From: Epithemia pelagica
Lineage: Eukaryota; Protista; Bacillariophyta
Length of the DNA: 64,000 nt
Direction of reading: 5' to 3'
Assembly: GCA_946965045.2 (NCBI GenBank)
Contig: OX337240.1
Location: 868,001-932,000, forward strand
In this document: positions 1-10,000 of the stretch, piece by piece
How positions within the stretch are numbered: position 1 is the stretch's first letter
Layout: each line of letters begins with the position of its first letter
Translations under genes and position numbers: made by a program
Notes under the pieces: generated by a model
Seen by the model: the letters and a program-made list of their open reading frames with translations, nothing else
What the model was told of the DNA's origin: nothing
Databases searched by the model: none

Positions 1-2
1 GG

Positions 3-689
3 TCGACGGTTGTGGAGCAAACAAAGGTTTCCATGAAGCATGTGGAAAATGCATTAACACCGACCGTTGAAGAAAAGAGTAAAACCACTCAGGATCGTAG
101 CACACCAGAAGGAGCTTCGAACGACGATATGCTTCAGCACATTCAGTCCGGATGGACATCTGTGGTGGAGCACACCAAGGCTTCCATGAAGAAGATGGAA
201 GATGCCATTACCCCCAAACCGGGAGAAGGAGAAGTGGACCCTACAAAGCAAGTCGAACAAGCCGAAGGTGGTACAGAAGCCAGCGACAACATGCTCCAGC
301 ATCTCCAATCTGGTTGGAGTTCGGTCGTGGAACAGACCAAAGCGTCCATGAAGCATGTCGAAAAGGCAATCACACCGACAGTCGACACCGAGAATACCGA
401 ACGATCGACCGAAACACCATTGCCCGAGAGTGGCGCGCCCTCCTCCAACAACGACGATATGCTTCAGCACATTCAGTCTGGCTGGACCACGGTTGTAGAA
501 CACACCAAGGCCTCTGTTAAGGAAGTCGAAAAACATATTCCGACTGTGGTGGAGAAGACAAAGCAATCTCTTCAAAAGGCTCATGAAGCTGTCTCCTCGC
601 GCACTGGATGGTTTGAGCAAACGGCTGAGGAGGACAAGGTTGACATTCCAGTTGTGCCAGAGATGAACGAGACGGCTGGCAATGCATAG
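3..689 (+). CDS. 5'-truncated protein built from ~55 aa repeats (core DMLQHIQSGWxxVVEHTKASMK); function unknown
   Basis: Frame is open from the window edge. Repeat cores start at ATGs 129, 291 and 459 (spacing 162/168 bp), and the tail of a further copy is at 3-50. Confidence 0.75.
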   Translation, partial: STVVEQTKVSMKHVENALTPTVEEKSKTTQDRSTPEGASNDDMLQHIQSGWTSVVEHTKASMKKMEDAITPKPGEGEVDPTKQVEQAEGGTEASDNMLQHLQSGWSSVVEQTKASMKHVEKAITPTVDTENTERSTETPLPESGAPSSNNDDMLQHIQSGWTTVVEHTKASVKEVEKHIPTVVEKTKQSLQKAHEAVSSRTGWFEQTAEEDKVDIPVVPEMNETAGNA

Positions 690-1099
690 GAATGTTTCAA
701 AATGATGGTCTTGTCTCTGCTCATTTGTTTGTTTCGTGATTTTAGCACTCGATCAAGTACTCGTTCATATATATCAGGTCGACCTATTTACGTCCCTTGT
801 CTCTTATTAATACTCGTAAGTTAAAGGGAAGTCACCCATATTCTTTCTAAGTAGCATCATTGAATCCCATACTCCAGGAAATCATGCAGTTTACTTGCCG
901 GTAAGACGAAACTGTTCATGTTAGATCAAGAGATCGCATCCTAGAACCACAGCATTGCGAATTGCGAGGCTTTGGGAGACCTAACATGGAGCCAATCAGA
1001 TAGCCTTGGATTCCACGTGTAGGCTTCTCCACGTACCATGGGTTGTTTCGTCGCCATCAAATCGCAGAATTCAACACAAAAATGAGACAACACAGAGAA

Positions 1100-1999
1100 A
1101 TGAAGTCGTTGGCGGTACTAGTACTATTTGTTGCAATGGCAAAAGTTGACGGACTTGCAATGATATGGGGTGGATGGAAATGGGGACAGTCATGCCAGGT
1201 TGCGACGCGGCTCTGCGTTGACAGTCGGCGATTTCGTTTTCGATCATTAACATCAACGACGACGACTAGCAGTACCAGTAGAGCACTGAGTACAAGTACT
1301 TCGAATGAAGATACAAATCACCATCAACTCACTCTGACTGCTGGTTCGATTCACGAATCGGAATATGAAGTGAAGAAGAGCAAGTTTATTGGTTATGCTA
1401 CTCATGTTCAAACCTGGGACGAAGCGTCGTCTTTTCTCGCTGACATTAAAGGGCAACATCCCAAGGCTCGGCATTGGTGTTATGGTTTTCGAACCGGTAG
1501 TCAGAATCCACAACCTGGTATAAACATGGACAACGACGAGAACAATGGGGAATCTGGATTCTTGTCAGAACGGTGCTCGGACGACGGTGAGCCGACAGGG
1601 ACGGCTGGAGCTCCCATTTTGGGTGCCATTCAAGGACAAGGCTTGACCAATGTCATGTGTGTTGTGGTCCGTTACTTTGGTGGCATCAAACTTGGAGCTG
1701 GAGGTCTCATTCGTGCCTATGGAGCCTCGGCTCGACAAGTGTTGAGGGAGGCCGAATCGAACTACCAAGTGGTCCTTCCCACGACTCCTCGCACTGTTAC
1801 TGTGTCGGCACAACAAGTGGGAGCCCTGTACGACGTATTACAACAACACCAACAACGGGGGACCATTGTTCGTTCCGGGGAGGAAACCTATGGACTCGAT
1901 GGGAGTCTCACCCTTTCGGTAAATTGCGTTGTGGACCATGTGGATGCCTTTGAACGGGCACTGCAGGATGCTACACGGGGAAAGGCAGTTATTTCATGA
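1100..1999 (+). CDS. IMPACT/YigZ (UPF0029) family protein with N-terminal signal-like extension
   Basis: Motifs EVKKSKF, HPKARHWCYG, SDDGEPTGTAGAPIL and VVVRYFGGIKLGAGGLIRAY. ATG at 1100 begins the hydrophobic MKSLAVLVLFVAMA. Confidence 0.9.
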   Translation: MKSLAVLVLFVAMAKVDGLAMIWGGWKWGQSCQVATRLCVDSRRFRFRSLTSTTTTSSTSRALSTSTSNEDTNHHQLTLTAGSIHESEYEVKKSKFIGYATHVQTWDEASSFLADIKGQHPKARHWCYGFRTGSQNPQPGINMDNDENNGESGFLSERCSDDGEPTGTAGAPILGAIQGQGLTNVMCVVVRYFGGIKLGAGGLIRAYGASARQVLREAESNYQVVLPTTPRTVTVSAQQVGALYDVLQQHQQRGTIVRSGEETYGLDGSLTLSVNCVVDHVDAFERALQDATRGKAVIS

Positions 2000-2605
2000 T
2001 GTGATCTGCGTCCAATGCAAGAAACATAGTACCGCTGTGGAAGAAACGAACGGATACAGTTAGAAGAAGGAGGACACCCTGTGTTTTGCTTGATGCAAGT
2101 ACGCCTCCTTGCGAATGGTCTCGCTGTCGTTCGTTCGAAGTTGAGATTGAGAAAGTCTTTGGTCGTAAGGAGAAGGATACGTGATGAAAGGTGTATGGTG
2201 TGGATGGAAATAATCGTTTGCCACTCATACACGGTAGTCGACGAGAAGTCATGAGAAATGTTCAGACGAAGGACCAACGAAGATCCAATCTGATGATCCA
2301 TTACTCTCATTCCTTCTCTCATGGCTCTGTTCATTATCCCATCACCGGAAGAAAGATTGCTTCTTTTTCTCTGAATGAAATACTCCAAAATCCCTTAGCT
2401 AAGGAACGAGTCTGGTACTCATCCCTCTTCCCTCTTCGCTTACGGATAGAGAGCTAACGTTAAACCTAAGCGTTCGCCTTTCGGACATTGCACGCACCTC
2501 CAGCTTTTGAGTCGCTGAACCACCGCGCATTTTTTTGAAGAATTGGGCGTTTTTCTCACTATCCGTATTGTGGTCCGCAAGCCGTAAGGTCCAAAGCAAG
2601 GCACC

Positions 2606-5257
2606 ATGGAGGAGTTTACCACAACACCGTCTTCCCTCCTCAATTCAGAATTGCACTCGACTCTGCATGATCGTCAACGTCGCAATCAGCGCATGATTGG
2701 GAAGGAAGATCAGCTTCGTGCTCGTCGCTATGGAATGTGTGAACTCGGACGCAATGGTCGGTTGAAGTACACCTACAATGGCAAAATTTTGATTTGGTGC
2801 CCCGTCTCCAACCGTGCCATTACGTGTTGGAATGTGCCCCCACACGAACGAGGACCCGAGACGAGTGGTACCAGCCATACTGACCCTATTCTCATTCAAA
2901 AGAGTCATACACATACGTCTCCTTATGCAGAGACGGCTCATTCGTTGGTCAGTCATCAAATTCGCAATCAGTTGGACAAATGGAAGAGTCATACGGTCTT
3001 GGTGGTCGATATGAGTGGCTCGATGCGGACAGACGATGTCGACGGCGCCCGCTGCCGGTCGGATGGAGTTTGGACGTGTTTGGCCAAGGACTTTGTCAAG
3101 AAACAAGTGGAAGAGGGCAAAACGTCACTGCATGATTTGGTGAGTGTCGTCTTGATGCGCGATACAGCAGAGGTTGTGCTCGAATGTGAACCTACCGATT
3201 ATGTCTTGTACAACAAACTGGTCGATCTGCGGGAATGGAGTCGTCACAGACCAGGAGGCCATGGGAACTACGAACCAGCTCTGGAAAAGGCCGAAGAGCT
3301 CTTGAACAAGAATCGATCGGGATCCTGTGCTGTCTGCCTATTCTTCTTTTCTGATGGACGCCCGTCCGATGCTAACAAACAAGAGTTGCCGAACAAAATG
3401 GGAGCCCTGGCAAGTCGCTTTGGAAGGCGACTTACTGTTACATGTGTGGGCATGGCCAACCATCAGAAAGAAGATTTCTCCATTCTAGAGAAAATGGTAC
3501 ACGAAGCCAAAGCTTACGGAGCCGTCGCTTCTTTTAACAAACCGTCCATGGATGCTAACTCCCTTTCCTCCATTATTTCTACGCAAATGGCCTCCTCTTT
3601 GACGTCCACCAAGACCGAACTGACCAATCTGTCATCGGGGAAAAGCATGACGGTTCGAACGGACCTGGTACGAGAACGACAAAATGCACCGGATGATCTG
3701 GTACCAAATTTTGATTGGAGAATGTTCAATACGTCTTCCATGTACACAGTCCAGGTGTGGGCCTGGGCAAACCGCCATACTAATCGCAGGCAAAATCACG
3801 ACACCGGAGGTGAGTTTTGTCGTCTGATTGATCCACGGTGTGCATCGTGTTACAAAGTCACCGTTCTGGATCCTGCCTTGCAAGATGCCAATCCACAAAA
3901 GGGAAAGATGTGTTCCGGTTGCAGGGCGTGCTTCTTTTGCCATACTTGTTTGAAAAATCGGGCTGCCGGTCGGAGTCACCCAAAGTCAGTGTGCGAAGCC
4001 ATGGCTTCTGCACGACGAAAAGGAGAGTTCATGCTCTTGAAAGAAACGTGTAATTTACCATCTTTTTCTGTCGCATGGAAAAGGCAGTGTTTCGGAGAAG
4101 GAGCTGAACGGGTAGCCTTCAAATTTCGATATCTGGATGATGAAGGTGATTTCACCGGTCCACGCATGGTGGCCAAGGAATCAAGGTTTGTGGACAAGGA
4201 AGATCTTGATGGCATTCAGAAAGCTAGTTTGTATTTATCCTCCAGTCAGCACAAGTATCATAGGACCTTCATGCGGACACAGTTTTGTGCCGCTCAATGT
4301 GCCGATAAGTTCAATGAAACTCTTCGGCAATGGGAAAACCATCTCGACGACATTGCCAAAGGACGACCAGATGATCATGCGTTGCTAGAAAAATGCCGCT
4401 TTTACAAGGCAAGGATTCGACGGTATCCTCGAGTGCAGTTTTTACAACCACGGATTTTCGAGTTGGTCGACCGCGACAAATGCAAGACATTTAACGTTTT
4501 GGTGGAGCCCATGATTGAAGGCAACTACCGTAAATACAACAACAATAATGGCGGTCTCGTGGGTGGAGGAGCCAAATTCCAATCTCCCTTTTTGCCACCA
4601 CAGCAAAGTCCCGATGGCAGCTTGAATCCTTCCTTGGTACAGCTGTTATTGGGAAGCAAAGAAAATGCCAATGACGGGCAGGACGCTACAGCAAGTCTCG
4701 GAGGTGGCACTTCCAATGCTGTCACTCCCGCAAGAGGAGCAAACAATCTGCTTGGAGCTATTGCAGAAGGAGACTCGGACGAAGAAGAGGAAGACGAATC
4801 AGACGAGGAAGACGAAAACCACGCTGAGGGTCTTCGAGCAGCCACTAACAATGAAGATCAGACTTCACCCGGTCGTCCTCGGGAACTCTTTGAAAGAATT
4901 GTCCAAGAAGGAGACTGGTCCAAACGGAAACTTACCACAGAAGTTATTCCCGATGAAGATTTCATGCAAGCCTTTAGTCATTTCTCGTTTGTGCAAAGTC
5001 GTGGACGACTTATTGTGGTCGATCTGCAAGGGTCACTCAGTGTATGTCCCAAGGTGGGAACAAAAGAATTTGTTTTGACGGATCCCGCAATCCACAAACG
5101 CAAAAAGTCAAAATTTCTCAAGAACTGGAAGTTTGGACGCACGGATCGTGGTGATAGAGGCATTAAAGATTTTTTTGCCACCCATGTCTGCAATGATGCA
5201 TGTAGACTCTTTGGACTGAAAGAAAAGAAAGAACATCAAAAGTATCCCTACTATTGA
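2606..5257 (+). CDS. vWA-domain alpha-kinase (eEF2K/MHCK-type), with an N-terminal small alpha/beta domain and a MYND-like Zn module
   Basis: vWA MIDAS LVVDMSGSM and FFSDGRPSD. Alpha-kinase motifs FGEGAERVAF, VAKESRF, EPMIEGNYRKYNNNNG, QAFSHFS, VVDLQG, LTDPAIH, and TDRG...FFATHVCNDAC. Confidence 0.92.
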   Translation: MEEFTTTPSSLLNSELHSTLHDRQRRNQRMIGKEDQLRARRYGMCELGRNGRLKYTYNGKILIWCPVSNRAITCWNVPPHERGPETSGTSHTDPILIQKSHTHTSPYAETAHSLVSHQIRNQLDKWKSHTVLVVDMSGSMRTDDVDGARCRSDGVWTCLAKDFVKKQVEEGKTSLHDLVSVVLMRDTAEVVLECEPTDYVLYNKLVDLREWSRHRPGGHGNYEPALEKAEELLNKNRSGSCAVCLFFFSDGRPSDANKQELPNKMGALASRFGRRLTVTCVGMANHQKEDFSILEKMVHEAKAYGAVASFNKPSMDANSLSSIISTQMASSLTSTKTELTNLSSGKSMTVRTDLVRERQNAPDDLVPNFDWRMFNTSSMYTVQVWAWANRHTNRRQNHDTGGEFCRLIDPRCASCYKVTVLDPALQDANPQKGKMCSGCRACFFCHTCLKNRAAGRSHPKSVCEAMASARRKGEFMLLKETCNLPSFSVAWKRQCFGEGAERVAFKFRYLDDEGDFTGPRMVAKESRFVDKEDLDGIQKASLYLSSSQHKYHRTFMRTQFCAAQCADKFNETLRQWENHLDDIAKGRPDDHALLEKCRFYKARIRRYPRVQFLQPRIFELVDRDKCKTFNVLVEPMIEGNYRKYNNNNGGLVGGGAKFQSPFLPPQQSPDGSLNPSLVQLLLGSKENANDGQDATASLGGGTSNAVTPARGANNLLGAIAEGDSDEEEEDESDEEDENHAEGLRAATNNEDQTSPGRPRELFERIVQEGDWSKRKLTTEVIPDEDFMQAFSHFSFVQSRGRLIVVDLQGSLSVCPKVGTKEFVLTDPAIHKRKKSKFLKNWKFGRTDRGDRGIKDFFATHVCNDACRLFGLKEKKEHQKYPYY

Positions 5258-5718
5258 AAAAGAAAGAAGTAACGTGAAGAGCAGGTCTTGAGGAGAAATT
5301 GTGTGGTTAATAAACTCTTCCTAATTGTCCAAATCTTTTTTAAGTTTCTAGAGTAATGGTTTCAGCAGGAGTTGAAGGAGTATGGCTAGAACTTAGGACC
5401 AAATAACAATGCGGGTAGCCTGAGTAGGAGTAACTTGAGTGATCATATAGGAGTAGTTGGAGCTAGGACAGCTAGGATTCGACGACATACATTGAAGGTC
5501 ATGCCGTGAGTCGTGGTACGTCTTACCGTCTTCCGTATCTGTTCCTGGCAACCAGCCATTTCTGTACTTTCAGGTCCAGTCGCTGATGCGATTGATGACC
5601 ATTCGGAAGTGTCGATGTTTTACTTCCGTTTTGGGGGAGATTCGCAATTCTCATGAAGAAGGGCTCATAAAAAGTGAAAAGAGAACCTCGAACCACTCAT
5701 TACAGACACATCTGAATC

Positions 5719-6897
5719 ATGCAATACAATGCTCCTTACGAAGACATTCCGTATGCCAAAGCCGCTTACGTGATGAGCAGCGATAATCCTGTCCCAATGC
5801 CTCCACCGACTACATCTCCCAAGCTGAAATCTAGTCACGCGCCCCTGTCAGAACAACAGATCAATCGTCTGACAGATCAAGGTTTTACAAGAAGCCTGGC
5901 CGAGTCACTCAACCAGACGAAACAAGCTTTTGCTCTTTGCATATGGGTTATAGACAATTCGGGGAGCATGCAAGCCGCCGATGGACATCGTTTCATTGGT
6001 AACATAAACAATAGGGGTGGAGGGGGCAAGCTGAAGATGGTCGATTGCTCAAGATGGGATGAAATTTGCGACAGTGTCGAAAACCACATCCGACTGGCAT
6101 CACTTTTGGATGCACCAACACGGTTTCGATTTCTGAACGCACCGAGCGTAAATATTGGGCCTGGCAAGTTCACGATCGCTGAGGACAGCACGGTTCGCCC
6201 CGAGGATGAAGTGAGAAACGCCGTAAATCTTGTCAGAAAGGTCCGACCTGGTGGTTGCACACCACTCACTCAGCACATTATGGAGATTCATCGTGAAATC
6301 GAAGCGTTGACCCCTCAGCTAAGAAAGACGGGTCAACGTGTTTCAATTACCATTGCCACTGATGGTTTGCCCACAGATGAAAGGGGCTACGGTGGCGAGC
6401 TTTATCAGAATGAGTTTGTCGACAGTCTTCGCTTGCTTGAAGGCCTTCCAGTATGGGTGGTGATTCGCTTGTGCACTGACGATGAAGGCGTTGTGGACTT
6501 CTACAATCGCCTTGACGAAATACTGGAACTTTCCATCGACGTTCTCGATGATTTTCTGGGAGAGGCCAAAGAGGTTTATGGCGAGAATCCATGGCTGACT
6601 TATTCGTTGCCCCTTCATCGCATTCGTGAAATGGGGTACCATGATCGATTGTTCGATTTGATTGATGAACGAAGGCTCACCACGAGCGAAATCAGGGATT
6701 TTTGTATCCTCCTCTTTGGCTCTGACACTTTCGACGGAGCCCCAGACCCCTCCTCTGATTGGAAAGGTTTCGTCAAGGTACTAGACCGCGCATTGAAGAC
6801 AACGGAAACACAGTGGAATCCTGTGAAGCACAAGGCAAAGCCTTTGGTCAGCGTGAAGAGGCTAAATCGATTTTACGGTCGTTCCTCATGCTTTTGA
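5719..6897 (+). CDS. Stand-alone vWA-domain protein
   Basis: MIDAS motif VIDNSGSM, GCTPLT and ITIATDGLP; 392 aa uninterrupted ORF. Confidence 0.85.
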   Translation: MQYNAPYEDIPYAKAAYVMSSDNPVPMPPPTTSPKLKSSHAPLSEQQINRLTDQGFTRSLAESLNQTKQAFALCIWVIDNSGSMQAADGHRFIGNINNRGGGGKLKMVDCSRWDEICDSVENHIRLASLLDAPTRFRFLNAPSVNIGPGKFTIAEDSTVRPEDEVRNAVNLVRKVRPGGCTPLTQHIMEIHREIEALTPQLRKTGQRVSITIATDGLPTDERGYGGELYQNEFVDSLRLLEGLPVWVVIRLCTDDEGVVDFYNRLDEILELSIDVLDDFLGEAKEVYGENPWLTYSLPLHRIREMGYHDRLFDLIDERRLTTSEIRDFCILLFGSDTFDGAPDPSSDWKGFVKVLDRALKTTETQWNPVKHKAKPLVSVKRLNRFYGRSSCF

Positions 6898-7033
6898 GAG
6901 CTTGATGTGATCACGAAGACCACCCAATCAGTTTTGTTTAGTTCGTCAACCATACATAAAATTCTTGCATTTATATTTCCATAGCAATAGCTCTAGCTGT
7001 AAAATATGGTCATATGACGATGAGCTTGGTTTC

Positions 7034-10000
7034 TCAAATTCCTGAGGAGCCGTCCTTCGGTGATTGTGTCACAGAAGAGTTGTCAATTCTCCAGTAAGGA
7101 ACAGTTGGCCACGAAGACAAAAATTGTTTCAGATGCCGAATGTCGGAAAAGCTAGAAACAACACCCGGGGACGACCGAATTGCCTTGAACTCCTCCTTCC
7201 ATTTCTGGCTGTAGACTCTTGCTGACATGGCCCTTCGATAGGGAGAATCCACCAGAAACCAATGGTCGAAAAATGTCAAGACACGATCTTTCAGTTCTTC
7301 AGCAGTCGGACTACGTGATGCTTCGCCAGCGCCATCTTCTTCTGCTGCTGCTTCTTTATCGCGAACAAGTAACTCTTCCGAAAGTCGATCCAACCGATCA
7401 AATGCGGGTGTCTTCATCGTGTCGGTCAGACTCTCGGTGTTTAATATCTCACCCCATGCACGTGATACTTCCTGAGAGAGTTTGGTATCGGTTTCCATAA
7501 GCTGCGCCACAACCGCCTCTCCTTCTTTCGCCACCGCTTCAGGTGACATTGCTGCGAGCTCGTCGCGAAATGAACACAGCCATGCTTCAATCCGTTCTTC
7601 TAATGTCTCTGGGGAAACACTGCTACCTTGGACGATGATGCTCATGGCCCAAGCATTTCCAACCGTTTTCCGAGCCGAAACACTGACAATGTAACCCAAT
7701 TGTTCAATCGTTCGCAACTGATTGAATGCGCTGTTGTAAGCCATGTGCGAAATCAAATCAAATGTGGCAAGACCTTGGTATCCCAAATTAAACTCGGATC
7801 CACATTGTAAAACCACTTCCACCGCATTGTTCTCCTCGGTCTCTGAGTAGGCCAAGTCTGCATACACCAAAGGAATGGATCGCTGAGCAGCCACTGGTCC
7901 AAAGATTTGTCCTGCTTCCTCCTTGGTTGGCATCTGCAGAGACCGGAATGATGGGGTTTCCACGCTGCTCAAAACTCGTGACTTTGCCAAAAATCGCTTG
8001 GTGATTAGATCTCCAACCACCTTCGCCTCGTGAGTAGCCAGATTACCCATACAAAGCGCTTCACACTTGACTCTATCTGACAAGCATTCTTCCGTGACCT
8101 GTGCACATTCTTCCATTGTTAACGGTGAAACTCCAGCCGATCCTTCCATTTCATTGATGTAATTGTCAATGTACCACACGCTCTCCTCTATCAGTAAACG
8201 GGAATTGTAATTCGCCACTTCGTAGGGAGAATCGAGGCGGTAATTCTTGGTCTCACGACACAAGTCATCTTTGGCACGGTTGAATTTCTCGAGCAAAGAC
8301 GGCTCACCTGTTTTCATTTCTTCAATCAACGAAAACATTCTCGCTGTCAATGTATCCAGTAGAAAAGAAAGCTTTTGAGAATATCCACGGACCGATATTC
8401 TGTATCCTGTTGGAACACAGGCCACGCGGTAGTTACAACCAGCCAGAGATGCATCATATACAAACGAGTTCAGGTCGTCGTTCAAAAGTCGTTGGAAAAT
8501 GCGATTGTAGGTGATGCTTCTTGGAGATCGATATACATCGGGCGTGAGAATCGAAAGCCGAATAAAGGCTTTGGGTACTTTCCAATATTGATCCATTTTG
8601 TGCCACAGCCGAAGTCGATCGTTTTCAATGATTGGAACGGGAGGAATCAAAGTGTCATTTTCGTCGAGGTCATCCTCTTCCTCCTCGACCACTGGTCCAC
8701 TGCCATTTTCGACTCGTGCATCCTCGCATCGCAGTGAGAAATCATCCGGTATGTAGGCATTCAACTCGGGAATGTGCAGTCGCTCGTCAAATTTGCTGGG
8801 GAATTCCCACTGCTTCATTTGCGTCTCTCGCATGGGTGTGTCCTTGTGCTGTGCACCATACCATGGTTCCACGACCCATTTGCCTTGCGAGTCTTCTTGT
8901 TGGTTGAAATCCGAATTGGTGACTACAATCAAGGCATTTTCGGGTCGCAGTCTCTCCAAAAAGGCCTTGGTGATTGCAGGATCATTGTCCGATTGGATGG
9001 TGGATCCTCGGAGGAAATGTTTTGCTTCCATACAATCAAACATGAATCCGGCCGCATTGGACACAAAATCAGTAGGATCCCCATTTTCACGGAACCGAAA
9101 ATGCATTTCCGAGATTCGCCGTTGTTCATCGTGATGGGGACCAAATTCAGTTTGACTTTGTTTGATCAAGGCAATCCATTGAAATGTAAGATCCAGAACT
9201 TTGTCCAAGTGCGCCATGCCTTCGGGTGTCAGAGAAATGGTCACCGAAAACAGGCAGAAATCCGAAGAATCAATGGCAATTCCCGAAGACAAACTCGTCA
9301 GGTATCCTTCTTCATTCAACAGCGCATGCAAGGATCCGGGAGATTCATGTCCCAACAAGTGTGAAACGACACGGTGCGGGTGACGTTCTCGCATCAAGGG
9401 ATCGTCGAGGGGAGGTACGGCAAAACTAATCTTGACACTCCGAGTTTCCAAGAGAGGAATCATGTACCGGATCAAGCCCAATTGTTCCGGTCCAAAGGCT
9501 GGACATTTGTACACGGCATGCTCGCGAACAAAGTGTGGTTTCGGTTCATCACCATTAACGGTATCTGCTGCGGGAGGTGGGAGCGTCTCTTTGTATCTAG
9601 GTTCCCCTTCGGAATACGGCAACGCTCCAAAGGTTTCCACCACTGTTTGTTGCAGGGCATCAAGGGATGCATGTCCTGAAACAGCCAGCCGTAAATTGTA
9701 AGACTGATAGTAGGTATTCCAGAAATTGTGCAATTCTTCCAAAAGTTTGTCCGTGCCCTGCCCCGTCAAGGTTTCCATGTTGCCACACCCAAATTTGGCA
9801 AAGGGATGACTCTGGTTGGCAAAGGACTTGACGGCCTGATAGTTGCGCCAGGCATCACTGGTCTTGCCATTGCGATATTCCGAGTCAATGGCCTTGACTT
9901 CTCGATCCACAGCATCTGGATCAAACTTTGGTTTGATAAAGAACTGAGCCAAACGATCCAATGCCCCCGCCAAGCCTTGAGACGTTTGATTCGAGTCCTT

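Noticed and set aside
5500-5720. Upstream exon for the vWA gene via GTGAGT...TTTCAG (about 5506-5573)
   Set aside because: The joins I tried run into stop codons before 5719.
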